In this document: positions 54,001 through 64,000 of the stretch, in pieces | Numbering within the stretch: the first letter of the stretch is position 1 | Layout: the number at the start of each line of letters is the position of its first letter | IMG/VR virus record: IMGVR_UViG_3300023184_000024 | Span: 124,001-188,000 of that record | Strand: one strand, 5' to 3' | DNA length: 64,000 nucleotides | Notes under the pieces: model-generated | The model's database searches: none | Told to the model about the DNA's origin: nothing | The model's input: only the letters and a program-made list of their open reading frames with translations | Translations under genes and position numbers: made by a program

Positions 54001-57000
54001 TGTTGTCAAGCACCGGACTAATAAACAAGTCTTGAGCAGGATCCCAGTAAGCCGGCAAATCAAAGTCAGTTGCACTGCCATTGTATTGATCATAACCTTG
54101 ATATTTTAAATTAAATTCACGTATTTGTACGTGGTAAGGTTTGACTTCGTTGATGTAATCAAGTACAAAGTCTTGATTATCCTTGCGATAAATTTGGAAC
54201 GGCAACAACTCTCGTATCGTGTGCTCAACATCAATTAAACTGGTCTTGGTAAGCCAATCTGGTGCTTCTTCTTCGGACATGATGTAATTAAAGACTAAGA
54301 TGAGTAATTTATTACGTTCAATTGCCAAATCGTCAATCAGTATTTCTTGATTCAGTGCTTTTAAAATTTGTCGTGTTTCGATAATCGGTGCTTGATCATA
54401 ATACTGTGCATCAAACACTTCGATATCAAAACCAAACCTACCAATGTTATAATCCCAAATAGCGGCCGATATTTCAACTGTGCCGTCTTCTAGGCCTACT
54501 CTGCGCCAGGTGCCAGTTTCTAATAGATAGATTTCATATTTTCCTTGGGCATTCGACGCTACTTTCACACTGCTGCCGTTGGGCACAGTTAAAGTGGTCA
54601 ATGCAGAATAAGTTGGTACTTCGACTAATACTCTGGTTAATGGGTTGTACCCAGGAGCAAACCAGTTGATGTAGTTCCAATATTTTTTAGTATCGTAATT
54701 TTGAACACGAACCAACGACAGATATTTAGAGATTGATAATGGGTCAAGTAGTACTTCGTAGATTGCCCAAAGCCCACCGTTTGTGCTATCACTGTTTACT
54801 AGGTATAGATACCCAGCTGGGACTTCTTCCAAGTCCTGGAATGTTAATTCTTCATAATTTGCTACTTCGTAGTTCCATTGTCCAGACCCAGCAGTCGGCC
54901 TAGGCTCCTCGCTGTTCAATAAACTAAACTTTTTAGTCTCAGAAATTGGCAATTGAGCCATCACGGTATTGGCACTTTGAAGATAATTCTCAAGTGCTAA
55001 AAATCTATTAATGACCATGCTTTGCCGAGGACGGAACTGTACACCGTACTTTTCACTTGGGCTTAAAAACGGATCCGGCACAGGGTTCCCGGCAGTGTCT
55101 GAGCCGGTTAAACTATCTAGGAATTTTCTATATAATGTGTCATTTAAAAATCCATCAGCACGATTTTGCGGAATTAATTGGTACTCAACGTGTACAGCAT
55201 CTTCGTTCAGCTGTTGGTCAAACTCAACGTGAATAACAGTATCTTGTGCAGAAATATACTCTAGGCCATTGTAGATTGCAAGTGTGCTAGAATTTATTGG
55301 TGCAACATACGGAATGCCACTGCTACGTGGGTTTTCAATGTACTGAGTCAACGCAGTAATACTCAATGTTTTGCCTGCATCTCTATCAACGTTGCGTATT
55401 CCGCCTACCCAGAAGAAATAGTTTACACCAAATATGCCTTGCTCGTTGATATACGGAGTTGCAACATAACTTTCAGTGTTGTATGGTGTTCCTGGTCCGG
55501 CATAATTCATTGGCGGAACACTGCTAGAAATCCATTGGTATATGTCAACAGTACTACCCGGGAACAACTGTCCCCACCGTCGGCTGGCATAAACTATATC
55601 GTCTTGTTTTGGGTCAATGAATCTAGCACGGCTAGTATTCCACCAAATATTGCCAACTTTGGTTGCTCCCCACGAATTGCCATAGTTGTTAACTGGACCG
55701 TAATTATAGGCTGCGGGATCTACCGCTCCAATGTAATCTAAATTCTGACGTACTGGTCCTAGTAAGCGACCTTGAGTTGGATCAAAAAAGTCAAAGTAGT
55801 TTTTGTTTTTATTTGTAACTCGATCATACATGTATATTGTATTCATCAACTCAGTGTTGACTGCTGGCACCTGAACTCTGGTTGGTAACCAGGCTGGTAA
55901 CAAACTTAGATTAATTTGTTGTGCTACTTGTCCATAATTGAGTTGGCTGTCTTCAAGGTCAGATCCTGGTATACCAATCAATAGAGTACCGGTGGTATAA
56001 TCTATGGCTGCACCATATTGATCCAATGCTTGTAGTCCAGGATATATCACTTGTTGTCCAAATACAAACTGGCCAGGATTTGTGACCGATGCGTTGGTGG
56101 CTGGTAAGAAATCGTAGGTATAAACAGAACCGCTCTGTGTTAACGGGTCGGCAAAATTTGTGCTACGATCATCAAATAATGTGGTACCGTTATCAAAGGT
56201 AGTTGGAGCAATTGTGGTTCCATTTGGTGCACTCACAATCAAAGTTGCTGTGTTGTCTGAGATAAACAAACGCTCGCCAAAGTGTGCATAATCTTGGGGG
56301 ACTGGGCTTACAATTGTTTGTTGCATAACATAAACGGTTAGGCTTAAGTCATTGAACAGTGTTCCTGTTCCCGGAAGGACTTGTATTTTATCTGTGGACA
56401 ACACAGATTTTGCATTGGTCACTGTGAAAATAATTCTGCCCGAGACAACCACAATTCTTGATGGTTCAGTTGGTGCTGATTTAAATGTAATTTCCTGAGT
56501 TGTGTTATCATAGGTATAATTAACACCCTCGGTCTGCAATACATCATCAACATAAACTTTGGTTGTGTATGATTCGGCACCAGAATAAATTGATCCAATG
56601 TTATAAACTGTTGTTGCTCCGTCACTGACAAACACCACATCGGGTGATAACCTAACAGTGACATTGGGGAGTTTTGCCGCAACAATGTCTGCATATAAAT
56701 CTTCAATCTTGGTACCAGTACATTCAACAAAAACATCATTTATTCTAATATAGTTGCCGGCTGTCAGTACAGGATTTGCAATATTAGATTCAATTTTTCC
56801 ATATGTTCTAGCTTGATTTCTATAGTATTCAACCATGCCAGCTTCAACTCTGGTGGAATTAGTGTAAGGTGCTCCCACAAATAGGCTACAATTGTTTACA
56901 CATTGGTCAATAGCATAACCAAACTGATATCCTGCTCCTGCATCTGCGGATTCAATGACTTGTATCAAGTCAAATTGGTTGGTGCCAACTCTGATATTGT

Positions 57001-60000
57001 CACCGTATGCCAACGTGGTATTGAGAGTAAACTGATTACTATTATCAATGGTAAATGTTCCGCCATTGTTTAACTCAGTGTTGAGCAAATACTCGCCGTT
57101 GAGGCTAATCCATGTTGGTGCCACCATTGGTTGAACTGTGGTATACGCAGTCTGTGTGGCGTCAGTGACTGTAAGGCTTTGTATGCTACGGTCAAACACA
57201 TACACTTTTCCTTGACTGCCATTGGTCCTTGGTGTTCCTACTAACAGTGTTCGGCCATCAGTTGTTGTACTGATACTATGTCCAAATCGTGCATTGCTTT
57301 CGATACCGTCTACTGTTAATACAGTAACATACTCCCAGTGAGATTGGCTATCAACTAAAATTGTTGCGCCAATTGGAGGTACTGTATTAAACACAAGGTC
57401 TAGCGCCAACAATGCGCTATCGCTGTTGAATTCATAATCAATGAATGGACGGTACAACTTATCGTTGACTGTGACTGAGAACGAGAATATGTCAACTGCT
57501 GTGGCAAGATAAGGATCTAACGGAAATATACTGGTATTGCTTACGCCATAGCCCGACTGTGTAAATGCAGTAATACCCCCTAGCCCCGATGTGGTGGTCA
57601 CAGTTATAGTCAAGTCATTGCCTGGGCTTGTGCCGCCACCAATGGTGGCTGCATTTATAGTCAATACATTTCCGGGTGCATATCCCAAGCCTGGTGAGAT
57701 TAACGTAACAAAATAAACACCTCGTACACGATTAATAGTAAAAGTTGCACCAGTTCCTGACCCAGTGGCGCTATCTTGTGTAACATTGTTGTAGGTTTGT
57801 TGATCCAGTTGAAGGCCTTGCCTACGACTAATTATCAATGATTTTCCTGCTTCTGGCGACGGTGCAATTAGCACGTCGGTCGAATTTACAGTGTAATCAA
57901 CTCCGTACGTTAATAAAACGTTGTCTAGCACCACGTTCATTTGTTCAGGGTAGTTTGTAAGTTTCAAATGGTCGGACCAATTGTAGGAAAAAGTACCTGT
58001 GGTGATATATTCGATTTCCTGTTGTTGCACGTCAACTCGAGAATACGCATACACCTTATTGAGACCTGGACTGCCGATGTACATCCAGCGTTCATCCATG
58101 CTCATGGTAACCGCGTAGCCAAATTCATCTTGGTTAGGAACCTGATCGGGGATAAGCAACTGTCGTTGATCAAAGAAGTTACTGCCCGGTCTCACATAAA
58201 TCGCACAAGCATATCCTTGATTTGAATTACTTTTGCTTGCCCCGGCCACAGCCCATGATTTATTCCCAATGTCAACTGCGTTGCCGTACCCTTCTGTGTT
58301 GGCGGCACCCAGTGTTAGTATTGTATTTTGTTCGTAGACATTAAAATCAGATTTAACATAACTGTAAAAAGCGCCAGGTACGGGCGTGACATTATCAGGG
58401 TTGTATCCCGGAGCACCAATTAGTGCGCTTAAGTTACTAAGCCCTTGGCTGATACTAGACCCAAACTTGCTATTTTCAAGATTAAATCTCGGAGTCAGCG
58501 CCGAGTCTGCCACAAAAGGACTGGTTTTTTCTAATACTTCCCATCGTCCAAGACTGTTGTTATCAACCCAGGCGCGGGCACCTGGCGTCAGCAAGTCGGC
58601 ATACGGCAACGAGTTGACATCGGCTGCTTGTGCAACTCTTGCGGTGTGTAAAGTAAAGCCGATGCCAGAACCAGTTGCAGTTGTTTGAAATCCAGTAAAA
58701 GAATAATTGATCAAAACCTGTGTTGGGTTAGGCACATTTATTACTTTATAAACGCCATTAATAGCGGTATCAAAATATTTGATTATCAAGAATTCCCCAA
58801 CTGCTAAGCCGTGATCAGTTGTAAAACTCACCAAACTTAATCCATCTAAGTTATCGGTTACTTCAATTACGTTGCCCGGAACACGCTCGCAACGATAAAC
58901 ATCCCAGTTGTATTCATTTGTTTTGGCAATCCATACAGTGGTACCTTCACCGATGATGTTTAAATTTGCTGACAGGCTGGCTGTGTCATCAAGACTAAAT
59001 GCAGTGATGTCAACATCATTGAGATTGACATATCCAGCAGTGGGCAGTGCTACATCAGTGAAACTTTCTAGTGTAGTTGGTAAAATCTTTGGGCTTGTAA
59101 GCTTGTAGCTGGATTTCCAAACATTGTCAAGTAACACTGTTTGGTCTGCTCTAGATTCTTCGCCAGGTTGAATAACTTGAATTAGTGCGGGGTCACTCTG
59201 AAGCAACGCTTCGTTCATCAGTAACTCAAAATAACTCCTGTTAGCGTTGGCGCCATATGTTCCACGTAGCATGGCCCAATACTCGTAAATGTTGTATTCA
59301 GCAGTTTCTTTGCCAAGGTCGGCCAGACTAAACAGTTCAGCACTTTGTATTGTGCCTTTGATTCCTAAAAATTCTTGATACAAATTGACCTGGCTTATAT
59401 CATCCAAGTTGAGTGCTTGCATATACTGTCGTGGACGGAACCCAATTAACCCGTAACTAAACAAATCTGTTTCTTGTTCTAGGTTGGCATCGTATATACT
59501 ATATGCTTGTGCAAGCTGGTCGCTGTCGTTGGCAGCATTGGGCAACAACCCTTTTTGTACTTGGGCATAGTCACTTTTAATCCAAAGATTATAATTAAAA
59601 TCTTGACCCGGTTGGATAATTGTGCTGGCGCTGTAATATTGATCCTTGAACAGAACAATTTCACCTTTTGCATATTTCTGATTTGGTACCCAATTCACTA
59701 TATTGTCTTGATTTAAAACAAATCCAGGTGCGTTTACTGTACCATCCCAATCAGCACTCAATGTTCCTGCTACCCGAACACGACTTTGTCTTGCCCCGGT
59801 CACTGGTTGATAAATCAAGTCAGAAAAAATACTGACATTGTCAATGACTACAAGATGTTCGTATGAAGTAAATTGAAGATTCAAATAATTTATTGTTGAC
59901 TCTCCCAGCGTGGTAACTCTAAAGGTATTACCAAAACGATCAATTACCATGTCTCTGGCCGGCAACGGTTGTTTATTTTGATTTAATATAATATTTTCTG

Positions 60001-63000
60001 GTCTAGTAGGTACTAGGCTGTCAACAATTGATCCTGGCTGAGTCACTGATATACGATTGGCTCCGGGATTGAGATTGACCACAGATCCTGGTCCCCATCC
60101 TTGATTGCTCCAATATAGAAATTCCTGCGCCATTTGACGCCAGTTTACAATGTATCCATTTTCTTGTAAATCAAAAACAAAACCACGTTGTTCCAACAGT
60201 TTACCATAGCTGTACACAAAGTCACAGACTGCATTGCGATTAGTGAACACAAATCCATACGGAACTTTTACTATATTATTACTGTATTCCACAGGCACAC
60301 GAGCCGTTACGCCGCCGGTATTGATTGTTTCTGTGATTCCGCCTGGACGACTGGCCAATATTTCAAAATATGGTTGCAATGCGCTGTATCCGTACACTGC
60401 CCATCCATCATCGGTATTTTGAATAATGACCGAGCTGTATGTTGTTTCAGCAAATGGTTGATTTTTATACAGTAATAACTGATAACTTTCGTCAGGCAGC
60501 AATAAACTGGTATTCAATCCGTTGGGTGTTGATCGTTCTGCAAATATCTTCAAGTATTTTTTATCGCTGAATGCGCCCATTCTCCAACACAGGCGAACAT
60601 CAATGTTGCCCAACACTTCTGTTAGTCCTTGGGTACTGTTTATTCCAAGTTGTCTATTGTAGTCAATGATCCAGTTAAGATAACTGGCTTTGCTTGTTCC
60701 GTCGCCGTACAATGGAGTCAACTGGTTGGCATTTAATCGATAACGTTCATCCCATAGGTATTGGTTTAAAATATCATTGTAAACATAACGATCTCTGTCT
60801 GCGAACAAACTAAAAAACTTAGCCGGTTTAGTTAGTGCAAGCAATCGCATAACTGCAAACGGATACGCAGAACTAGTCCGCCAAGCGTTTTCAACTGGTC
60901 CATCATCACCGAATACCCAACTCCGACTAAAGCTTGTGGCATCGTAGTTGCCAACAGTGGCCTTCAATGGGTTTTGTAATTGCCCTGCGTCGTCAGATGG
61001 TATTACTCTTGTCAATCCAGGTCTTACATACCGAGGATCAATTCTGGGATTCAACGGGTCAGCGATAAATCCTTTTTCTAAATCGTTCCATAACACCATA
61101 TTTCCTGAGGTATACGGCGCTGGGCCGTACACTGTTTGCCACCAGGTAGGTTCTTTGCTGAACCCCAACATTTCCCAAGGTTGAGAGTTGGGATTAATTG
61201 TATCATAAAAATAATTATAAATTCCGCGCCAGGCACCCAACAAAGGTTTGCCAGTTAACCTGTCAGAGCTTTGACTATAGTTGTAGGTAAATGGGTCGTT
61301 GGCCAGATATGTTTGCGTCGTATAATCAAGGTTGTTCCAACTAACCCACGACAAGAAATCAGGTGACAATATACCATTGATCTCACTGAGTGAGTATTCA
61401 GTTTTACGGAATTGCCCTGGCACAACATCTTCAACTACTATTGGTACCGGCGTATCAATTTTTAAGTTATTAAATATACGTTTTTCAAATTCCAATAGCA
61501 CTTGATCTCGTATATCGCCAAATGCCACTGTGATACTGCCATCATGCCCTGATATAACTTCTGTGGGATTCACATAAGTTGTGTCAATGTAAATTTCTGG
61601 CTTAAACGATGGATATAATCCCATCTTAGATGGCGTGTTTGGCACATAACTACCATAGGTGGTCGGGTATTCTCGAATGACAATTTGATCACCAATCGCC
61701 AATGTTGCAGTGACGGCTATTGTTGCACTGTCGGTGCTAACAATATAGTCGTAATCTTTGACCAGCAATGTTCCGTTAAGGAATACTAACAGTCCTTGGA
61801 AATTTGAACTTGTAAAATTATATACTTGAGTTGTGTCAAATACTGCTGTGCTAATTGTTGTGTAGGTATAAGAAATTTCAGTGTAAGTTTCTCCCGACGG
61901 TATCATATCACTCCAGTAGAATGGAGAAATTGCACTGCGTCCTAGAGACAATTCTTGCAACACAGAATCAAGTATTTGTGTTGCAGTGAAATTAATAAAG
62001 TCGCCTTTGCTGGCCAAGTTTAGTAATCGATTTTTAAACTTGGTATACTCTTGACTGTTAAACTGTATAGAATTAAACAATTCGTACTGCTGTCGACGTA
62101 AAAACGTACCAGTCAATGCCAATGGTGCAGAATGTTGTACAATATTATCACCGTAAGGAATAATATTGCCCAGATCTCGAGTATTATTGGCACCATTGAT
62201 TGGACCGACTATGCTTTTTAAATTTTGTACCATGCTTTCGTAATGTGTACGAATGGTACCAAGTGTGTAGTTTGAACTATTTTCGTTTAACGGATTATTT
62301 TCTAAGTTTAACGGAACCTGGTAGTAACCAATATTGCTGGCCACTGCACTGAGTGCCTGCACTTCAACGACTGTGCCAACAGGCACAGTTGATGTAAAAG
62401 TAATCTTAGTTCCAGTATTGCTGATTTCAGTTGTGTAATTTTTTGGGTCAATGAAAACTGACTCAACAAAAATCTGCAACGATGGATACACAGTGTTGGT
62501 ATTCACTGGTACATCCAATACCAATGGCTCTCCGTTGTATGTAAATCTAAAAATTTGTCTGCTTTGATTTGGTGCGGCAGCTGTTTGCCATCCTATTAAA
62601 TCAGAAAATTCAATCCTGTTTTCGTACTGTCTTGCAAACCCAGTGCTGACATATTGTTCAGTGCTGACATTGTCGCGAACAAAAATAAATTTATCAGTAT
62701 AGAGATAGTTTTCAAATACAATATCTCCTACATTATTAAGATTTGCATATTTTAATGCAAATCCTAGTATTTCATCAACAGTCTGTGTCCCGCCGAATGC
62801 ATATCCAAATAACTTAGATCCAGTGAATGTACTACTTGGGTACACAGCACGATTGCTAAAACTTACACCATTGTTATCATATATTTCAAACAAAGGTGGC
62901 TGATTAACGTCAATTTTAGCTTGCGCCTCTAACCAATCTACTCCATCAAACCAGAAACTTTTACCCTGTTGTTTAACTCCGCTTAATGCCACCACTGCCT

Positions 63001-64000
63001 GATTGATTTGTATTTCGCCAGCCGAGTCTGGGATTAAATCTATTATCTCTGTGCCAGACAATGTGGGATCAATGAATCGAACTTCATAGACTCGATTTCT
63101 GACCTGGGGGTCTTTGTCTGATGCAAATATAACGCGGCTACCGTCGATAAAATTATAGCCATCGGTGCTAAAACCCAATTGCCCATTGATGTTTGACAAT
63201 GCATCTGTTGTTGTATAATCAATGATGTCTACCGGGCTTATGCCCTGGGTGCCGTAATTAAACAATTTGACGTTTGCTCTAAATTCAACAATTGGTCGTT
63301 TTGCTCTAAATTCATTGTTAAGCAACGGTGTTTGATTGTTGTAAGTTGCGGCAGCACGTATTACATCAATGTGGAACCATCGATTACTACGGCTCCATGC
63401 ATTTCGATCCTGTGCAGATCTGTTGATTGTAATATAATCAGGCACTAGAGGTGCATCAAGTGCAGTATCGTAAGCGCCATCGTCGAACCCTGTACTATCA
63501 TATGGCAAGGTCAGATTTTTTGTGTATGTTTCAGGAGTAACCAACGATTGTGTTGGTATTAATACAATTCCGTTTCCTATTGATGTGTTAACCGTGGGTT
63601 CTGTAGAAAGCGGTGCTCCTAGTGGAGTCCCAAAGCCATAGAACTCTAAGCTTTCTTCAACTGTTTCGTAGATATACTGCTGGAAATAACCTGTTGCTGT
63701 TGCGCCGGTAATTTTTCTCCCATTCATAATATGGAATGGACCAAAGTATGCGCGGCCGTCGATGAAACCAACACGCTTGTTAATACCAAGTCCCGTGCCC
63801 ACTCCCTCAACATAGAATGTTAAATTTTGGTATGTTGACGGTTCAGTTGTGCCACGAAACACCACTTTTAAACCGTTGGTAAATTCTACGCCATTTGGGC
63901 TTGTATATGTTTTTGCCCCGATGATGTCATTGATGTCAACTGGCTCGGCAATTTCAGAGTCAATTAATTTAATAACACCAAACAGTTCTGGGTTGGTACT
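51068..64000 (-). CDS. giant virion structural protein (>4300 aa, baseplate/tail-associated), 5' end outside window
   Basis: frame stays open from 63865 to the window edge; FG-GAP-like repeats, V..NG..L..G.DY repeats, GGANY/PGVGY repeats. Confidence 0.85.
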   Translation of the reverse strand, partial: STNPELFGVIKLIDSEIAEPVDINDIIGAKTYTSPNGVEFTNGLKVVFRGTTEPSTYQNLTFYVEGVGTGLGINKRVGFIDGRAYFGPFHIMNGRKITGATATGYFQQYIYETVEESLEFYGFGTPLGAPLSTEPTVNTSIGNGIVLIPTQSLVTPETYTKNLTLPYDSTGFDDGAYDTALDAPLVPDYITINRSAQDRNAWSRSNRWFHIDVIRAAATYNNQTPLLNNEFRAKRPIVEFRANVKLFNYGTQGISPVDIIDYTTTDALSNINGQLGFSTDGYNFIDGSRVIFASDKDPQVRNRVYEVRFIDPTLSGTEIIDLIPDSAGEIQINQAVVALSGVKQQGKSFWFDGVDWLEAQAKIDVNQPPLFEIYDNNGVSFSNRAVYPSSTFTGSKLFGYAFGGTQTVDEILGFALKYANLNNVGDIVFENYLYTDKFIFVRDNVSTEQYVSTGFARQYENRIEFSDLIGWQTAAAPNQSRQIFRFTYNGEPLVLDVPVNTNTVYPSLQIFVESVFIDPKNYTTEISNTGTKITFTSTVPVGTVVEVQALSAVASNIGYYQVPLNLENNPLNENSSNYTLGTIRTHYESMVQNLKSIVGPINGANNTRDLGNIIPYGDNIVQHSAPLALTGTFLRRQQYELFNSIQFNSQEYTKFKNRLLNLASKGDFINFTATQILDSVLQELSLGRSAISPFYWSDMIPSGETYTEISYTYTTISTAVFDTTQVYNFTSSNFQGLLVFLNGTLLVKDYDYIVSTDSATIAVTATLAIGDQIVIREYPTTYGSYVPNTPSKMGLYPSFKPEIYIDTTYVNPTEVISGHDGSITVAFGDIRDQVLLEFEKRIFNNLKIDTPVPIVVEDVVPGQFRKTEYSLSEINGILSPDFLSWVSWNNLDYTTQTYLANDPFTYNYSQSSDRLTGKPLLGAWRGIYNYFYDTINPNSQPWEMLGFSKEPTWWQTVYGPAPYTSGNMVLWNDLEKGFIADPLNPRIDPRYVRPGLTRVIPSDDAGQLQNPLKATVGNYDATSFSRSWVFGDDGPVENAWRTSSAYPFAVMRLLALTKPAKFFSLFADRDRYVYNDILNQYLWDERYRLNANQLTPLYGDGTSKASYLNWIIDYNRQLGINSTQGLTEVLGNIDVRLCWRMGAFSDKKYLKIFAERSTPNGLNTSLLLPDESYQLLLYKNQPFAETTYSSVIIQNTDDGWAVYGYSALQPYFEILASRPGGITETINTGGVTARVPVEYSNNIVKVPYGFVFTNRNAVCDFVYSYGKLLEQRGFVFDLQENGYIVNWRQMAQEFLYWSNQGWGPGSVVNLNPGANRISVTQPGSIVDSLVPTRPENIILNQNKQPLPARDMVIDRFGNTFRVTTLGESTINYLNLQFTSYEHLVVIDNVSIFSDLIYQPVTGARQSRVRVAGTLSADWDGTVNAPGFVLNQDNIVNWVPNQKYAKGEIVLFKDQYYSASTIIQPGQDFNYNLWIKSDYAQVQKGLLPNAANDSDQLAQAYSIYDANLEQETDLFSYGLIGFRPRQYMQALNLDDISQVNLYQEFLGIKGTIQSAELFSLADLGKETAEYNIYEYWAMLRGTYGANANRSYFELLMNEALLQSDPALIQVIQPGEESRADQTVLLDNVWKSSYKLTSPKILPTTLESFTDVALPTAGYVNLNDVDITAFSLDDTASLSANLNIIGEGTTVWIAKTNEYNWDVYRCERVPGNVIEVTDNLDGLSLVSFTTDHGLAVGEFLIIKYFDTAINGVYKVINVPNPTQVLINYSFTGFQTTATGSGIGFTLHTARVAQAADVNSLPYADLLTPGARAWVDNNSLGRWEVLEKTSPFVADSALTPRFNLENSKFGSSISQGLSNLSALIGAPGYNPDNVTPVPGAFYSYVKSDFNVYEQNTILTLGAANTEGYGNAVDIGNKSWAVAGASKSNSNQGYACAIYVRPGSNFFDQRQLLIPDQVPNQDEFGYAVTMSMDERWMYIGSPGLNKVYAYSRVDVQQQEIEYITTGTFSYNWSDHLKLTNYPEQMNVVLDNVLLTYGVDYTVNSTDVLIAPSPEAGKSLIISRRQGLQLDQQTYNNVTQDSATGSGTGATFTINRVRGVYFVTLISPGLGYAPGNVLTINAATIGGGTSPGNDLTITVTTTSGLGGITAFTQSGYGVSNTSIFPLDPYLATAVDIFSFSVTVNDKLYRPFIDYEFNSDSALLALDLVFNTVPPIGATILVDSQSHWEYVTVLTVDGIESNARFGHSISTTTDGRTLLVGTPRTNGSQGKVYVFDRSIQSLTVTDATQTAYTTVQPMVAPTWISLNGEYLLNTELNNGGTFTIDNSNQFTLNTTLAYGDNIRVGTNQFDLIQVIESADAGAGYQFGYAIDQCVNNCSLFVGAPYTNSTRVEAGMVEYYRNQARTYGKIESNIANPVLTAGNYIRINDVFVECTGTKIEDLYADIVAAKLPNVTVRLSPDVVFVSDGATTVYNIGSIYSGAESYTTKVYVDDVLQTEGVNYTYDNTTQEITFKSAPTEPSRIVVVSGRIIFTVTNAKSVLSTDKIQVLPGTGTLFNDLSLTVYVMQQTIVSPVPQDYAHFGERLFISDNTATLIVSAPNGTTIAPTTFDNGTTLFDDRSTNFADPLTQSGSVYTYDFLPATNASVTNPGQFVFGQQVIYPGLQALDQYGAAIDYTTGTLLIGIPGSDLEDSQLNYGQVAQQINLSLLPAWLPTRVQVPAVNTELMNTIYMYDRVTNKNKNYFDFFDPTQGRLLGPVRQNLDYIGAVDPAAYNYGPVNNYGNSWGATKVGNIWWNTSRARFIDPKQDDIVYASRRWGQLFPGSTVDIYQWISSSVPPMNYAGPGTPYNTESYVATPYINEQGIFGVNYFFWVGGIRNVDRDAGKTLSITALTQYIENPRSSGIPYVAPINSSTLAIYNGLEYISAQDTVIHVEFDQQLNEDAVHVEYQLIPQNRADGFLNDTLYRKFLDSLTGSDTAGNPVPDPFLSPSEKYGVQFRPRQSMVINRFLALENYLQSANTVMAQLPISETKKFSLLNSEEPRPTAGSGQWNYEVANYEELTFQDLEEVPAGYLYLVNSDSTNGGLWAIYEVLLDPLSISKYLSLVRVQNYDTKKYWNYINWFAPGYNPLTRVLVEVPTYSALTTLTVPNGSSVKVASNAQGKYEIYLLETGTWRRVGLEDGTVEISAAIWDYNIGRFGFDIEVFDAQYYDQAPIIETRQILKALNQEILIDDLAIERNKLLILVFNYIMSEEEAPDWLTKTSLIDVEHTIRELLPFQIYRKDNQDFVLDYINEVKPYHVQIREFNLKYQGYDQYNGSATDFDLPAYWDPAQDLFISPVLDNTGRLSTTSSVPSTNGIWQTFPYDQWYQNYLLNIESVTIVAGGANYIAPPEVVVTGDCITPAEMVARINSAGAVIAVDVVNPGVGYSTTAIINLVSGQGGGAQAVAVMGNSLVRDINTTIKYDRYQYQTDILTWEPNVTYNYGDLVRYDDRVWQADSEVVGESFDPSQWTLIPAGDLSGVDRTMGYYQPRVNEPGLDLALLISGIAYPGVQVDAPDFDEDTGFDVGNFDNTPYDNINYGPDGLPSYDPAILDAIYSSEFTDPYLGVLPAPAYDGAPPTTGPNPIIVDGAEFIDTYSSHAPEELVPGAIFDTLDMRVFTTPGADWDRNGHGFPSDEVNFAWSEAMPTVSYASAEPYPVNIIVFNQTQGIELHLGMDYTVDWVNKTVTVIAQALDGDLVNVNVYSIGGGNKLYTDTIVGSDIIGQSVIIPMNYSLIDSFVIFVNGEVTTNYTFGEFGIGYTLLGFGITYGQTDRITYTALGTDTVNPSYSWSVPLIQSVTSDGSQSIILTNSLQGTNPANLIVTKNGIRARPAEAVEYIDDGSSLSYYLPDKGAFSQGLIADNDVSVYVNGQPLTLGVGFMLDPWDGVNTRTITMAYYPPVGAAILISVRTASPYYVSGDTLIFKPTGGVTPVVGDVIGITTFNDTSQQDILTEVFVGPTSSGIQITEAYDDTLYDVGTINDDPGSFDYSEGLLIQTNRFDTGRIILDPTRVIVTRNGAFLFSGLDYSIDGSIVDITGPTVGAADVIAITLFTQSVAPGAIAFRIFQDMRGLQTSYRINAQTTTVLTQPLTEYDNIIYVDDVTHLDEPDLEYGLFGLITINGERITYRNRDTITNTVSGLRRGTAGTGVASHHVGSYVYNIGPGNILPVQYQNYIVSNTFMGDGSTTTFVADNISIADVGSTEINASAIGVFVGGIKLTAYNEYIITDGEPVTIEFGIAPPAGYEIVIEVERGRSWYSPGSGVALQVTETEAARFIRSNS

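Noticed and set aside
51068-63865. Plus-strand ORFs inside the giant gene and antisense ORFs inside other CDSs
   Set aside because: Antisense shadows caused by codon bias of the real gene
63863-63865. GTG at 63865 as the start of the giant protein
   Set aside because: The reading frame stays open for 45 more codons to the window edge, so the true start is outside the window

Overview
This is a 64 kb fragment of a large tailed (jumbo-type) bacteriophage genome in the standard genetic code. The host is most likely a Betaproteobacterium, judging from a Bug/TctC protein, a DUF4214-like protein, rpoZ and a two-piece tmRNA. Bases 1-13.1 kb form a translation/RNA island. It has 27 CCA-encoding tRNAs covering all 20 amino acids, including an odd long-arm tRNA-Ile(UAU), a short-arm tRNA-Leu(UAG) and tRNA-Arg(UCG). 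It also has an rrn-like leader (tandem sigma70 promoters, GAAA hairpins, boxA), at least six unannotated structured RNAs between tRNAs, a recurrent AAACACAYT/AGTGTGTTT stem, and a circularly permuted tmRNA whose intervening segment folds like a tRNA. Bases 13.4-25 kb hold a tail fibre, a Bug protein, a MoxR AAA ATPase and vWA-peptidase pair, and thyX. Bases 24.5-47.8 kb are a sugar/surface-modification cluster: epimerase, DegT aminotransferase, amidinotransferase, carbamoyltransferase, six twitch/SPASM radical SAM enzymes and several glycosyltransferase-like genes. Bases 47.9-64 kb are minus-strand virion structural genes, ending in a protein of >4300 aa truncated by the window edge. All calls come from reading motifs by eye; no searches were run.
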